The notes: generated from the sequence alone by a model not told the origin. A stretch of 63,191 nt of DNA, filler included, from Globobulimina sp. (GCA_003354225.1; 45 parts of 45 records of this genome joined end to end with filler, not necessarily neighbours in it); one strand, 5' to 3'. Positions 36,582-49,062 are shown, counted from the whole stretch's first letter. Numbers and translations: made by a program.

Positions 36582-37887
36582 AATCAACAATTTTCCATAA
36601 TTTTTATGTGTTTTAACAATACGAATTGAATGTATTTGAATCTGTGCATATCCGCCACAAAATAACCTTTCATCCTCTTCGCCATAGCAACTGAATAAGG
36701 AACAATTAAAACACTTTAACTTATTCCCCATTGGCTGTGCTGATTGCATTAAATCTAAAACAATGCCATTATTCTCATTGCCAAACATCATTATTACAGA
36801 TAACTGGGGCGAGGTTGATATTGGACAGCTAATCATTGCACGGAACTTATTAAAGATTATCTGCGCTGATACTCCATAATAAAATGTCTTAATATCATTA
36901 TCTTCCATAGTGGTTCCATACAATTCCACTGTTTCTCTGAGCAATCTATTCCAATTCACATATTCTTGCAATTGTTGCTTTCCATTAACATCAATATTAA
37001 TGTTCCTGTGAGTTAGACACAGTGCCAATGACAGGTATTGATGGTCGGTATATAATACAATGGATATTATATGTTGCATATACAACATCTCATTATTATT
37101 TATACCATAATGACAGTTGCCATATCCATGCGAGTTACTGTGGAATGACTTAATTATTGATGAATGTGCCTGATATGCCATTGATTTACTGTACGTTTTA
37201 TCAAATTCATTGATTGAAATATTAAATATTTCATTTTCAAGAATCTCCTCTTTTAAATTGCTATATTTTTTGCAAATATATAAGTCTTTGTATTTGTGGC
37301 CTATATTCCAAATTACGTCTTCATTCTCATTATGTTTATACCAATCCCAATAATAATATCTCGAACCAAAACAATATTCATATTTGAAATTATATTCATT
37401 GTTGTTATTATCAATGGATATGTCAGCAAAGAATTTATTATGTTGGTTTATTGATAGTCCTCTCATTGTTTTAAATGTATCGCGTTTGTTAATCAATGAT
37501 TGTTTTAAATATTTTAATTCTTTATCATCATATAATAATATTCCATCATCTATGACATCTAAATCTTGCTTTTCTTCGTCTTTTTCTTCATTGCTTATTG
37601 ATTTCGATAGTTTCGATAAAGAGTCCATTTCTTCATTTTCTTCGTCATCATCAAATAGATTTATTCGCAAACCTAAATCTAATGAATGCATAAAATAACA
37701 ATGTATCACATCCAATAGTTCCACATAAAAATCTAATAATTTGCTGTGATTCTTGTGTTTTTTAATGATAGTCCTTGTGTATTGTTTGCATGTTTTAACA
37801 TCACACTGTATGTGCTTTGATAATTTGCTGTAGATAAATAAAAAGTTTTCACTGTTTAGTAATTGTTTTTTATTTAAATGTTTTGAT
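36582..37887 (-). CDS. Divergent ADP-ribosyltransferase-like domain protein, copy 2, partial
   Basis: KYSNLKEE, HIISIVLYTD, LLRETVELYG, FYYG, PISTS, FNCSLFSCYGEEDERLFCGG. Confidence 0.7.
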
Positions 37888-37987
37888 NNNNNNNNNNNNN
37901 NNNNNNNNNNNNNNNNNNNNNNNNNNNNNNNTTAATTAATTAANNNNNNNNNNNNNNNNNNNNNNNNNNNNNNNNNNNNNNNNNNNN

Positions 37988-39185
37988 TTTCCATTTTGAA
38001 CATATATGGTTGATAGTTTTACGAAAGACAAAGCCGAACACCATTTTAAAGCAAAAGAACGCTTAACAATATTGACATGGACACAAAAAAACAAATTCTT
38101 TAACGCTTTGCGAAGGAACGATCGAAGAAAAGAAGATCAATTACGATCAGCTATGATGAGTTATACTAATCGTATCATGAATAGATTACAATTTGAACCG
38201 GCATTTAAAATCCGAGATGATTTGCATCGTATTGTTGAATATATTGTGGCTGTTGCTAGATTTATAAAATATACATTAATTCAGAGAGCAAAAGCAATGC
38301 CACCATTCCAGATTGATTTGTTAATTGCTGTAAAGGGAGTGATCGCTGTATTTGATGCAACAAATATCGATGATGAGGACAGTGATGAGGAAGATGATGA
38401 AAAAATGGATAGTTCAATGGATCCAAATGTTGATCATATTGGTTTTGTACAACAACATTTTAAAACAGTGAGACCGCCAATTTATTATGTACCACAAAAA
38501 CAAAAATATGAAAAGATCCAAGAAAAAAATGATAGAATCGGCGGTATTACAAGGATGTTAGGCGAACAGTATAAGGATTTTCGTACTATTTTAAGTGGTA
38601 ATGATGAGCAAAAATACAATAACATATATAAAGGTATAACCTATCCGTCATTGCGTAGATTTTCGGTGTTTATTGATCGAAGACAGAAAAAACCAACAAA
38701 ATGTGAGCAGGATGAAATGACCATATTTGAGCCGCCAAATGGTTGTAATTTAATGCCTAAGGATCATGTGCCTGAAATTGGATTTGAATTTTTAAGAACT
38801 TGCGTTTTACCGAGAAAAGGTGAACCACATATCACTGCAAATGATGGTTTGTGTGGACAATTAATTACGTTTATGTTTAATGTTGAGGCACGGAATGAAG
38901 TGAGATGTTATATTGTTTGGAATGGACAAACCAGTTAAATAATAAATAATATGTATATATGCATATTGCATATGTTTTATGTTTAATAAGTTTGTTGTAT
39001 ATATAGTGAGATTCCATGGAGATCATATTTCAAAAGTATTACCAAATATATTTGTTGAATCCGCGGCAAATAATAAATTTGTAAAAAGTAAGGAATCAAA
39101 GAATTTAGGGAGAGAATTTGATCAATGTGTGGATGACGTAAGATTTACAAATTTTTATGAAGCACTTACAAACTTTTTATTGTAA
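37988..39185 (+). CDS. Hypothetical protein, 5'-partial; intron 38934-39006
   Basis: Two ORFs join through a 73-nt GT-AG intron (WNGQTMRFHGD). Confidence 0.7.
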
Positions 39186-41050
39186 AGAACGTGATGTAAA
39201 TAAATTACAGGGAGGTCTTGCTTTCTTCAACTAACTAAAACAATGGCAACACCGTGGCAAACACAAACGCAACCACAGCAAATGGAGATGCAANNNNNNN
39301 NNNNNNNNNNNNNNNNNNNNNNNNNNNNNNNNNNNNNTTAATTAATTAANNNNNNNNNNNNNNNNNNNNNNNNNNNNNNNNNNNNNNNNNNNNAAATTCC
39401 ACACTTTTTAAGCATATTTTGAACCCAATTTCCCATTACATCCTGTATAGAATTTTGAGGTCGAATGTAAACATAAAAAAATTTTGTTCGAAAAACGCAT
39501 CAAAAATTTTCTCTTAGGGGTATTTTTTCATCGCGAAAACGAATATCGGGTCAATTTTTGCCATAGTCCTGTGAAAAATTACGAAAACCGCGATTTTTAA
39601 GTCATTTTCAACATTTTTCCACCATAAAATTGTATATTCAAAAAATTGACCATTTTAGTGCCAACTAATACAAAAAATCAGTTTTAATACACATATTTGG
39701 CGGTAATGGAGTGCAAACTATGTAAATTTTCTGAAATCCTGGTTTTCCACTAAAAATTGGCTTTTTTTGTCAGCAAAAATCATCTCCAATCTTCTTACTG
39801 AAAAGAGTAACATTTGAGACAGAATTAGTAACTATAATATTTCTATGAGAGGTAACATAAATTATAAGTTAGTTACAATACAAACAGCGAATAAATGCAT
39901 TATGAAGTGTTGTATGTAATGTATGTAATTATTGGAGATGTTCAACTAAAATGCTCAATTTTTATCAGCTAAGAAAACGTTGCTTAGCATAATGCGTTCA
40001 TAGTTTGTTATCAAAAGAATAACTGAACGAATCAGACAAATACAATCCTGACACTCTTTCTGCTATATTATGCAAAAACAAATCCATCTCGCTGTTCAAA
40101 AATTTCATCTTCAACCGTGTCATAGTTGGGATCATTTACATACTCGTCCCGCCTTGCATAATCATAACCATTTGAGGGATCTGGATCCTCAGCATTCAGT
40201 TGCTCGTCCAATTCTTCAGGGATCGACGCTGCTATACCTGTCAAAATTTTACACAATAAGGCAAAAAATACTCATAATGTCAAGCCCAAAATCATGTCCT
40301 CCAATAATGATAGCAAAAATAACTCTGTAAAAATGTCAAGAAAAACAGTACCAGTTTTTTTCCTTTTGGGTGCCGGTGGTCCACTTCGATCTTGTTTGGC
40401 TCTTCTCGAAAAGTAACTCATGCTTTGGGTTTCTTTCAAATATTCGTCTGGCTGAAACCGTGGTTCAGCAGGATCTAAAGCATGAAAATTGTCACAAGAA
40501 CAATATAATGGTGTGTATTACCACACCCTGTGTAACACTTATGGTCAAGGTTTGTAACATGTGCCATGGTCTTAGCAAGTTGTCCCGCTTGATATTTCAA
40601 CCTTGTGAGTCTGCCTTCTTCAAATTTCTCATACAGCCATGATACCTGATTCCAACTAAATCACACATTTGCACTTTGCTCACGAAAGGCCCATCCTCTN
40701 NNNNNNNNNNNNNNNNNNNNNNNNNNNNNNNNNNNNNNNNNNNTTAATTAATTAANNNNNNNNNNNNNNNNNNNNNNNNNNNNNNNNNNNNNNNNNNNNG
40801 CCGCATGTTTAATAATTATACGGACATACATTTGTGATCCGCTCTGAGAGAAAGTATACAAAAATCTGAAAGTTACTTTTTTTATTTTAGTGTAAAAGAA
40901 CAAGTTTGATGAGTATAATAAACAAATATTTATATAAATATAACTGCTATAAAATTAAAATTAAACTGATTGACACAAACATAATAATATAATATTTAAA
41001 AAAAGAAATTTATGCGTCAAACAGAGCATAGTTGAATAGTTTAATACAAA

Positions 41051-42105
41051 TTAAGTATGCAAATCGATTATTTCTTGCATTCTATCAACAATTTTCTCTT
41101 TCTTCCATTGTTGTTTTACTGATAACTTTAATAAACGAATAAATGGCTTCGGTTTATCTTCAATCAATTTTAATATCGGTTTCCTATCTGTTTTATCCTC
41201 ATAAATATCCCGAATATAATTTTCCGCCATTGCCATATATGTATCATCATCATATGATAGCAACATTAAACAATCATTTGTTTGTTGCATAATTTTCACC
41301 GCTTTCTCTTTATTAATTAATGTGTCGCGTTTATAATTAACGCGATGCTTTTCTTTTTTATTAAATTTTTGTTGATATTCACCAATTTTCTCATTCATTC
41401 ATTTTTTGTATTGGCATTCTCATTCATTTTCTTTCTCAATATATCAATTTCATCCGATCCATTTTTTGCCGGTTTCCATTTTTTCATCACTTCCTTACGA
41501 ATATGTTCATTTACATCATCAGCCAATTCCTTTAACGCCGGATTTCGACGCATTGCACAATGAGTTTTTTCTCTTATTTTGGGGATTCTGTATATCACAA
41601 ACATAATATAAATAGTTTTAATATACAAAAAAGTGTATAAAATACATACACATTTGCTAAGCCATTTGTGTTACGCCCATCAAATCCTTTTTGCCTTAAA
41701 TATTGAGCCAAGCCGGCTCTCTCAACAAATTTCTTCAACGCCTCGGTGTCATCGTAGCGCTGTCTCATAAACCATAATAAAATGCATTTTACTTCGTCGC
41801 CGGAATACGTTTTATTGCCTCTTTTCTTTTTATCGATATTATTATTATTCATATTATTATGCGGCAACAATTCTAATTTCAAATACAATGTCGTCATCTC
41901 AAAATTTACGGTCTTCCCATTACGAAAACCTTTGCGATCATCGCCATAAAAACATAAATCAAACCCATCCGCCGTCGTAAACCCATAACCGATTCGATAA
42001 TACGGTAAAATGTCTCTAAATGTTTTAATAAACGCCGGATAATCATAGCCATTCACCACAAACAAATCAAAATTCTTCATTTTGCAATATCTATCTTTGA
42101 AGTCG
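41051..42105 (-). CDS. Hypothetical spliced gene, apparently frameshifted near 41398
   Basis: Three consecutive minus-strand ORFs; intron-like stretch about 41590-41655; frame change inside a GAATGAATGA run. Confidence 0.45.
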
Positions 42106-42965
42106 NNNNNNNNNNNNNNNNNNNNNNNNNNNNNNNNNNNNNNNNNNNNTTAATTAATTAANNNNNNNNNNNNNNNNNNNNNNNNNNNNNNNNNNNNNNN
42201 NNNNNCAGTGGTAAATTTTTCCATGTCGAGCATTTAATGTTAAACATGAAAAAGCTTGGAGGCGCAGTTCGAAAACCTCCACAATGATGTTCCACAACAC
42301 CAAAAGCACCACATTGCTGAACCGCAAAATATGCGCCAATATCGTGGGTGAAAATGAGGTATTTCCCATGGTGAAATTACAACAATTACGCACATTCCAT
42401 TTAATCCTACACACAAACAATGATTCATTGGATTATAACGCATTGCCTCAGTTTTTTAGCACAGTCGCAATGTTTATTGCATATTAAACAATTTATATTT
42501 GATATTGAGTTAAATGATGCAAATCCTATTTGTGTGCATAAATTATTACAATGAATTCATAAATGATGAATCATTACTGTGAGTTTCAGTGAGTTTCTGT
42601 GAGTTATTAGACGAACGTATTGTTTTTTTTTAACTGTGTTACAGACTTATTTAGGTCATCGAATACTAGGTCAACTTCGAATACTAGGTTGAAAACCACT
42701 CTAGCTAACTCAAAAACATTGCCAATCGTTGAAATGAAATGAAACGAAACTAGAATGGTGATCTAGTTATCTTAAAAGCATACAAAATCCGGCTGTTTTC
42801 AATGCATCCTTTGTAAACAACAAAAGATTCCATACCCTTTTCTAAGATAAATGTGTGATAAAAGATAAAACAAGAAACAAAAACTCAAAAATAATTAATG
42901 TAAACTCAACTGATCCATCAAACATATACACACACAAAATGAGAAAAAAAAGTCAATAAATTAAA

Positions 42966-43511
42966 CTAAAGCATAGTTAATGACCTCGACTCCCATAAAT
43001 TAGGTCTGACCCCTTGTATTTTAAACAAATCTGTCAACGTATTGTCATCAAACATATTCCACTTTTTCCTGCCTCTTTCTCTCAAATCAATCCATTCAAT
43101 AAACCCCAACGAATCCTTCCTTCCACCGAACCCGATCCAGTCGCCCGCCACATAGCAAATATTCACATTGCTAAAATCCATCCAAAGCAATGGATATTTG
43201 TGTTCAAAATTGAACTGCGATTTATGCAAAACCCATTTATCCGCACAAATGTCATAGATCTCAATCTGCGTCGAGCCCTTTCCATAAATCATGCCGCCGC
43301 CGGCAATCACTTTATTTTTCTCGCCGATCAATGTGGCGCTCAGTTTGCTGCGTTTATAAAACATATGAGCCGCCATGGAACACCGCTCATTTTCGCACTG
43401 ATCGAAATTATTGTAAATCTCGCAGGTTTTCTCGGATTTTGATTTTTTATTCGTGCCACCTAATATCATATAGATATTATTCGCAATCGGACAAATCGCG
43501 CAGCCGTACCT
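42966..43511 (-). CDS. Kelch-repeat protein C-terminus, 5'-partial
   Basis: ILGG...CEIY, IAGGG...IEIYD...KW, IEWIDLR..KW. Confidence 0.75.
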   Translation of the reverse strand, partial: RYGCAICPIANNIYMILGGTNKKSKSEKTCEIYNNFDQCENERCSMAAHMFYKRSKLSATLIGEKNKVIAGGGMIYGKGSTQIEIYDICADKWVLHKSQFNFEHKYPLLWMDFSNVNICYVAGDWIGFGGRKDSLGFIEWIDLRERGRKKWNMFDDNTLTDLFKIQGVRPNLWESRSLTML

Positions 43512-43611
43512 NNNNNNNNNNNNNNNNNNNNNNNNNNNNNNNNNNNNNNNNNNNNTTAATTAATTAANNNNNNNNNNNNNNNNNNNNNNNNNNNNNNNNN
43601 NNNNNNNNNNN

Positions 43612-43797
43612 TGTCGCAACTGAGTCGTTAACCGACACACTGTGTCGCAACTGAGTCGTTAATCGACACACTGTGTCGTAAATCGACAATCTGTGTCTTG
43701 AATAGACAATCTGTGTCTTAAACCGACACTATGTGTCATGAATCGACAATCTGTGTCGTAAATCGTCAATCTGTGTCTTGAATAGACACTCTGTGTC
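43612..43797. repeat. Tandem array of about 20-bp units (two of about 31 bp) with palindromic core GACA(C/A)nnnGTGTC
   Basis: About 8-9 units such as AATCGACAATCTGTGTCTTG, running off the contig end. Confidence 0.9.
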
Positions 43798-43933
43798 AAA
43801 CAGTTATTATTTACAAATTTTTACTTCTTTTACATACAGCTATGTACAAACAACATTGCTTTTTACACTACAAAACAGTATCTACAAAACATGACATATT
43901 TTTAGTCTTTTCTCTTTTTCGGTACAATAATAT

Positions 43934-44917
43934 TTATAAAAATCGTTTCATTCGATTATTCCTCTGTTGTTTTGTCTTTGTCTTTTGGCGTTTCATTGCT
44001 TTCTTTTCCTTTCCCTTCTTTGGTTTTGTTTTCCCCACATGTTCTGCCCATGTTATCCATTTAAATTTTGGTTTAATGGCAACCATTTCTGGATCCGGTT
44101 GAACTGTTACAGTAGGAACCTCTGGGACTTTTGGTTCTGGCTGAATTGTTGTGATAGGTGATGCATTGTTTGCACGCCCTTCCAGCTCCGATGTTAGAAT
44201 ATCCGTTCTAATTCTAAGATGTTCTGGAGTTGCTGTGCAAAGATCGACAAGTACATGGCCATAACGTTTCCTTGATTCACGTTCATATGCTGCGACCAAG
44301 ATTCTCTGTTTTCCAAGCTGTGAGCCCAATGTTGCCACCTGTTTTGCCATTCGAGGTGATTTTAGTAGAAAAAAGTAAGCTGTGTTGGCCGAAATGATCC
44401 TGCTGCTTGGCCAAGGCCCAAAAATAAAGTGCAACAAGAGCACGATACTGCAGTTTTTATGTCGAGCAATTGTGAAAACTTGGGCCACTTCTTTACTGCT
44501 GGCTGCAGAGATAGAGTTGTCGTCAATTATTATCAGTGTTTGTCCACCATTTGGATCGGCCATAGCTTCGAGATCAGCTTCTGTGATGATTGATCCCTTG
44601 ATAAAGTCACACTTTATCCCTTGAGCAGCCAGATTCTCCCTTAATTTCATATATGAGTCTTGCATACCTAGAGTGAAAATTGTTTTTAAATGTTAAATTC
44701 AAACAAAAAGTACTTACAGCTGTAGATAAAGTACACTCGAGTTGGTATGGGATTGTAGATTTGAGTTGCATTCTCAAGCGTTTTCATGAGCAAGTATGTT
44801 TTTCCCTGAAAGAGAAGAAACATTAAATGAAACTGAGGTACTTATACTGCACTTACGCTCTGACTTGAACCAGAATAAATGAAATTGTTTGGCAGTTGGA
44901 GTCTTTTATCAAATTCA
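43934..44917 (-). CDS. A32/FtsK-HerA packaging ATPase of Polinton/Maverick/adintovirus type, 5'-partial; introns 44806-44856 and 44668-44717
   Basis: Spliced product: FIYSGSSQS|GKT (Walker A), LIIIDD (Walker B), FTIARHKNCS, SRIISANTAY, YGHVLVDL, RIRT. Confidence 0.88.
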
Positions 44918-45017
44918 NNNNNNNNNNNNNNNNNNNNNNNNNNNNNNNNNNNNNNNNNNNNTTAATTAATTAANNNNNNNNNNNNNNNNNNNNNNNNNNN
45001 NNNNNNNNNNNNNNNNN

Positions 45018-45190
45018 GCCATTTAGGATTACCTTCGTTATAACCAGAATTTACAAGCTTAGATATAGACGACAAGCTCACTGCTGATTGCACACCTGCC
45101 ACATTTTCCATTTGCCATTGAAATCGATCAATCGTGGACATGATGTCATAATAGGTACAAGCATTAGCCGTTGTTTCAATGATAACAGAC
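45018..45190 (-). CDS. Fragment of a bacterial RND/MMPL-family transporter (chimeric segment)
   Basis: SVIIET....C..Y..M..IDRFQW.M.NV.GVQS..SL....K.VNSGYNEGNPKW recalled from proteobacterial RND permeases. Confidence 0.65.
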
Positions 45191-45699
45191 ATATAATTGT
45201 GGTATGTGACTAAATATTTGCGCCCCGGGTTTGATACTATTTGTAAACGGGATTGTTAATGGAACCATTGTGCCGAAATAAAATGGCAGCAATGGGAATA
45301 ATAACCATAGTAAAAACTTATAATCTTGCTGATAAATAGCAAATTGATACATAAATATTGAATGCTGAATCACATTAAACACTCCATACAATACAACAGA
45401 AGTTGTTTCTGTGTTGATATAAAATTGGTTTGTTGCGTTTTTTGTGTTTTCGAAGTGTGGATATATTTACAAATTATACCTCCAGTTAAATACGCATTGA
45501 TCATTAAAAAAGCAGCACCCACAAGTTTTATAACGATACCAGTTGATGAGAACCCAATTGTTGATTTGCGTTGAAAGTTTTTAATAGCCTGCGGTGCGTA
45601 TTGCAGTGTGAAACATAATGTTGCTGCCATTCCGAGGAAATGGCCAATATGGTGGGTATTGAGCGTTATCGTTGTGTTTGTTTGAAGTTGATCGTTCAT
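45182..45699 (-). CDS. PQ-loop repeat membrane protein, cut in the second PQ loop; intron 45409-45479
   Basis: LQYAPQAIKNFQRKSTIGFS and SHIPQLY. Confidence 0.85.
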
Positions 45700-45841
45700 G
45701 ATTTGAGACAGGTAGTGCAGATTTGATATGATGACTGTGATGCTGTGGACAAGGTGCGTCCAATAATATTGGTCAACGTCACAGCGACATGAACACGAAA
45801 AAACTTTGCTTAAAGATATATTTAAATAGGTACTCCAACTC

Positions 45842-46216
45842 ATGTTTACAACACTATGTAGAAAACGGTTGATTTGTTATGGTGTCAGCCAAATGTTTTA
45901 TAGCACACAGCACAATAAAACAAAATTAAGTATATTGTGTTTTGGTGCATCGTTGACATCTGGATATTTTGATTGTGGATTACAATATGAACCGTATGCA
46001 AACACATTGGAACAATTAATTGTGCACAGATATGAGTCAATTGACTTATCAATCACTGAAAGTGGTGTTGATGGAGAAGAACTAGAGTCAATAAACTATT
46101 TCACGCCTGTGGATGCTATCAATTCAATTCCTGATATTGTAGGCGACGGAACCATGGAAATGCTGGCAGGCGGAAGAAATGGAAATGTATATTGTTATTC
46201 AGGTAATACAATTTAG
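45842..46216 (+). CDS. SGNH/GDSL hydrolase N-terminus joined to an FG-GAP/beta-propeller-like fragment (probable chimera)
   Basis: ILCFGASLTSGY...PYA...SGVDGE, then IPDIVGDGTMEMLAGGRNGNVYCYSG. Confidence 0.6.
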   Translation: MFTTLCRKRLICYGVSQMFYSTQHNKTKLSILCFGASLTSGYFDCGLQYEPYANTLEQLIVHRYESIDLSITESGVDGEELESINYFTPVDAINSIPDIVGDGTMEMLAGGRNGNVYCYSGNTI

Positions 46217-46423
46217 TGTCTTCCTATGCAAAGGACTGAAGCCTATTGTCTTTCAGGGAATACTTGTGGCACAATTTAGTGACTTGGTGTGCAAAGACCT
46301 CTTGACAGAACACTATCAGTTTANNNNNNNNNNNNNNNNNNNNNNNNNNNNNNNNNNNNNNNNNNNNTTAATTAATTAANNNNNNNNNNNNNNNNNNNNN
46401 NNNNNNNNNNNNNNNNNNNNNNN

Positions 46424-46633
46424 ATCTATTTTAACTCCTAAAAAATTTATGCCGACAGTATGTAGTGGAGGACAATCAAAACCATTCATCAAATAATTTT
46501 TAAAATGCGAGGCATGCACCATTTTACCCAACGACCGGCAATAAGAATCACATATATCTAAACAAATATATTCTATACCATCATCTTTTATTCTTTGTAA
46601 TAACGCTTTTTGTGCCGTTGAGAGTGCTGTCAT
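46424..46633 (-). CDS. Glutamine synthetase type I/lengsin-like N-terminal domain, 3'-partial
   Basis: IKDDGIEYICL..CD..CRSLGKMV...F. Confidence 0.7.
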
Positions 46634-46787
46634 TGTGTGGTGTCGACGTTTTGTTATTTTTGTTTTTTATTATTTATACAGATACTTTGTAAGTAAGTAA
46701 GAAAGAATGATGATATTATCATATTATTGCGAAATTAAATAGATAGTGATCTAATACACACAAAATGCACACAAAATAGACAATCAA

Positions 46788-47670
46788 TCAATCATTGTTG
46801 ACGTTAATTGATTGCTGATCATGTTTATTATTAATGACAAATCGTTTCTTAAATTTGTAATAAGAATTTCTTTTTATATCAAAACAAATGATAGAAATAC
46901 ATAATATAATTACTGTGCAAATGAATGTCATTAGTGTTGCAATCCCAAAACTTACCATTGATGCATGTCCATAAACTGAAGTTAATGAATACTTTTCTGG
47001 AATTAAACAACTTTTATGTATTTGACTCACTTTTATTTTAATTTTTAAGTAAGGAATATAAGATTCTTTATCCATATTTAATTGTAATTTATATTCACCG
47101 CCATTGACTATAGGATTTTTAATATATGAATGAATCACATAAATGTTTTTAAAACTGTCATCATTATCAATGGTTTGCGAAGTTAAAATATCGTCCAAAT
47201 TGATATCGTCAACAATTCCCCATAACTCACGTCCAATTGGCTCGAAATTTTCGTATATTAATATGCGTGGATTTAATTTAATATCGTTATGTAATTTACA
47301 TATTTTTTTAAACATTATTTTCTCATTCCAACTACTTCCAGAAATATGTTGTTGTGTTGACATAAATTGACCAAAATAAATGATCTCAAAATTAATAAAC
47401 GACCACGGATGTGTAGTTACAAAATGTTTCGCATAAATAGTCATTTCAATATCCGCAGCACAGTCAATTTTACATGATTTAAACATTGCTATTTTCATAT
47501 TAATTGTATTTCGTTCATCATAAATATTGATTGGATGCCATGAACGCATTTTTTTGGACAGTAATGGTTGGATATTTAACTTTGATTTAAATAAAGTAAT
47601 ATCCAATGCATCATCTCTTGCTATCATCAATACAGTAATTGCCTCATCAAAATGACAATGCCATCCTAAA
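46788..47670 (-). CDS. Hypothetical protein with C2-like region and C-terminal TM, 5'-partial
   Basis: SWNEKIMF, ILIYE, hydrophobic C-terminal helix. Confidence 0.5.
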
Positions 47671-47864
47671 TCAACAATTCCCCATAACTCACGTCCAATT
47701 GGCTCGAAATTTTCGTATATTAATATGCGNNNNNNNNNNNNNNNNNNNNNNNNNNNNNNNNNNNNNNNNNNNNTTAATTAATTAANNNNNNNNNNNNNNN
47801 NNNNNNNNNNNNNNNNNNNNNNNNNNNNNCAAAGTATTTTATCCTTGCACTCAAAGGTTGAACC

Positions 47865-49062
47865 ATGCGCACAACAGAGAGTGTTTTGAAAATCCAAAAG
47901 GGCATCGTTGACAAATACAATGAGAACGATGTGTATAATTCATCGGCAATGAGTCTGATGGATGTTGATGGCATGTCCTCTGCGATCAGTCAAATGGATA
48001 CCAATGATACGCTGCGGCATCATCCTGATAATGACACCATGGTAATTCTTGAAAATGTTGAAATTGAAATGGGCTCAAGGAAAAATACAGCATTATATAT
48101 GAATGATATGAACCAACTCTTGGCAAACTATAAAGACACTTTCCATTCACTCACCAAGTTACGAAAACACTCACCAATTGATACGGACACTGAGCCTGAC
48201 ACTGACATACAACCAACACATAAATCACGTTTATGCCGTGGCACCGGCACATCCGTTCTATTATGGATATTACTCACTTATTCTGTATTATGTAGCACAT
48301 ATTTTTTATTCTGTGTTTTTTTTCGATCCAAAAACCTGCCCTTTTTACCAGATTCGGAGCAAAGTATGAATGCACTCGCACCGATATTTATTCCTACAGC
48401 GTCTCCAACCATTGCCATAGAAAAGTTAGTCACTTATTACATTGTTAATATATATACTTTGTGACAATTATAACAAACCATGCAGAGTTGAAATGGTATC
48501 AACGGAGCCAACATTAGAGCCAACATTGGAACCTACAAAGGCACCGCTAATAGTTGATAGATATTTTGTTGGTGATTACAAGGTCTCTGCACAGCTGCAA
48601 TCGCACGGAAACTGGTTATTATGTGATGGCACATTGTATAATGTCTCAGATTATGAAGAATTATTTGGAGTTATTGGCTATGTATTCACCGCAAAGCTTA
48701 ATGATGTATCGATATATGATGAGACTTTGTTTGCTGTTCCAGATTCGAGGGGTAAAGTGATTGGAATTTATGATGCTACAAAGCATTTATTTGGAGATGT
48801 TATTGGTGCGGATTGGATTAACTTGACACGGAGTAATCTACCATCACAATCTCATTATTTATTAAAGCACTTAAATGTGGATTTGGAGAGCATAGATTCA
48901 AACAATATGAGTAGGAATGTAAGCAATGTAACGTTAGATCATGGCACTGAATATATTGTATATGGAGGAATTGATGAGGAAACAAATGGAGTTAAATCCA
49001 GTCGGCCATTTTCCTCTTATCAACCAACCATATTTATGGGGAATGCCTTCGTTTATTCATGA
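47865..49062 (+). CDS. Single-pass membrane protein with C-terminal phage tail-collar domain; intron 48425-48485
   Basis: TM, then PT-rich stalk, then VGDYK.S..HGNWLLCDG..Y.ELF.VIG..F..F.VPD.RG, LT..NLP, QPT. Confidence 0.88.

Noticed and set aside
35176-37887. Tandem cluster of two ART-like genes
   Set aside because: They lie on different contigs separated by a linker; adjacency comes from length sorting
39394-40699. Possible repeat element and multi-exon gene fragments
   Set aside because: Exon-like pieces exist on the minus strand, but no domain or reliable gene model could be supported
43612-43797. CRISPR array
   Set aside because: Units are contiguous with no unique 25-45 nt spacers, there are no cas genes, and the context is eukaryotic
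47671-47729. 59-bp exact direct repeat of 47209-47267
   Set aside because: Identical copy at the very contig end that breaks the gene; most likely an assembly or amplification artefact
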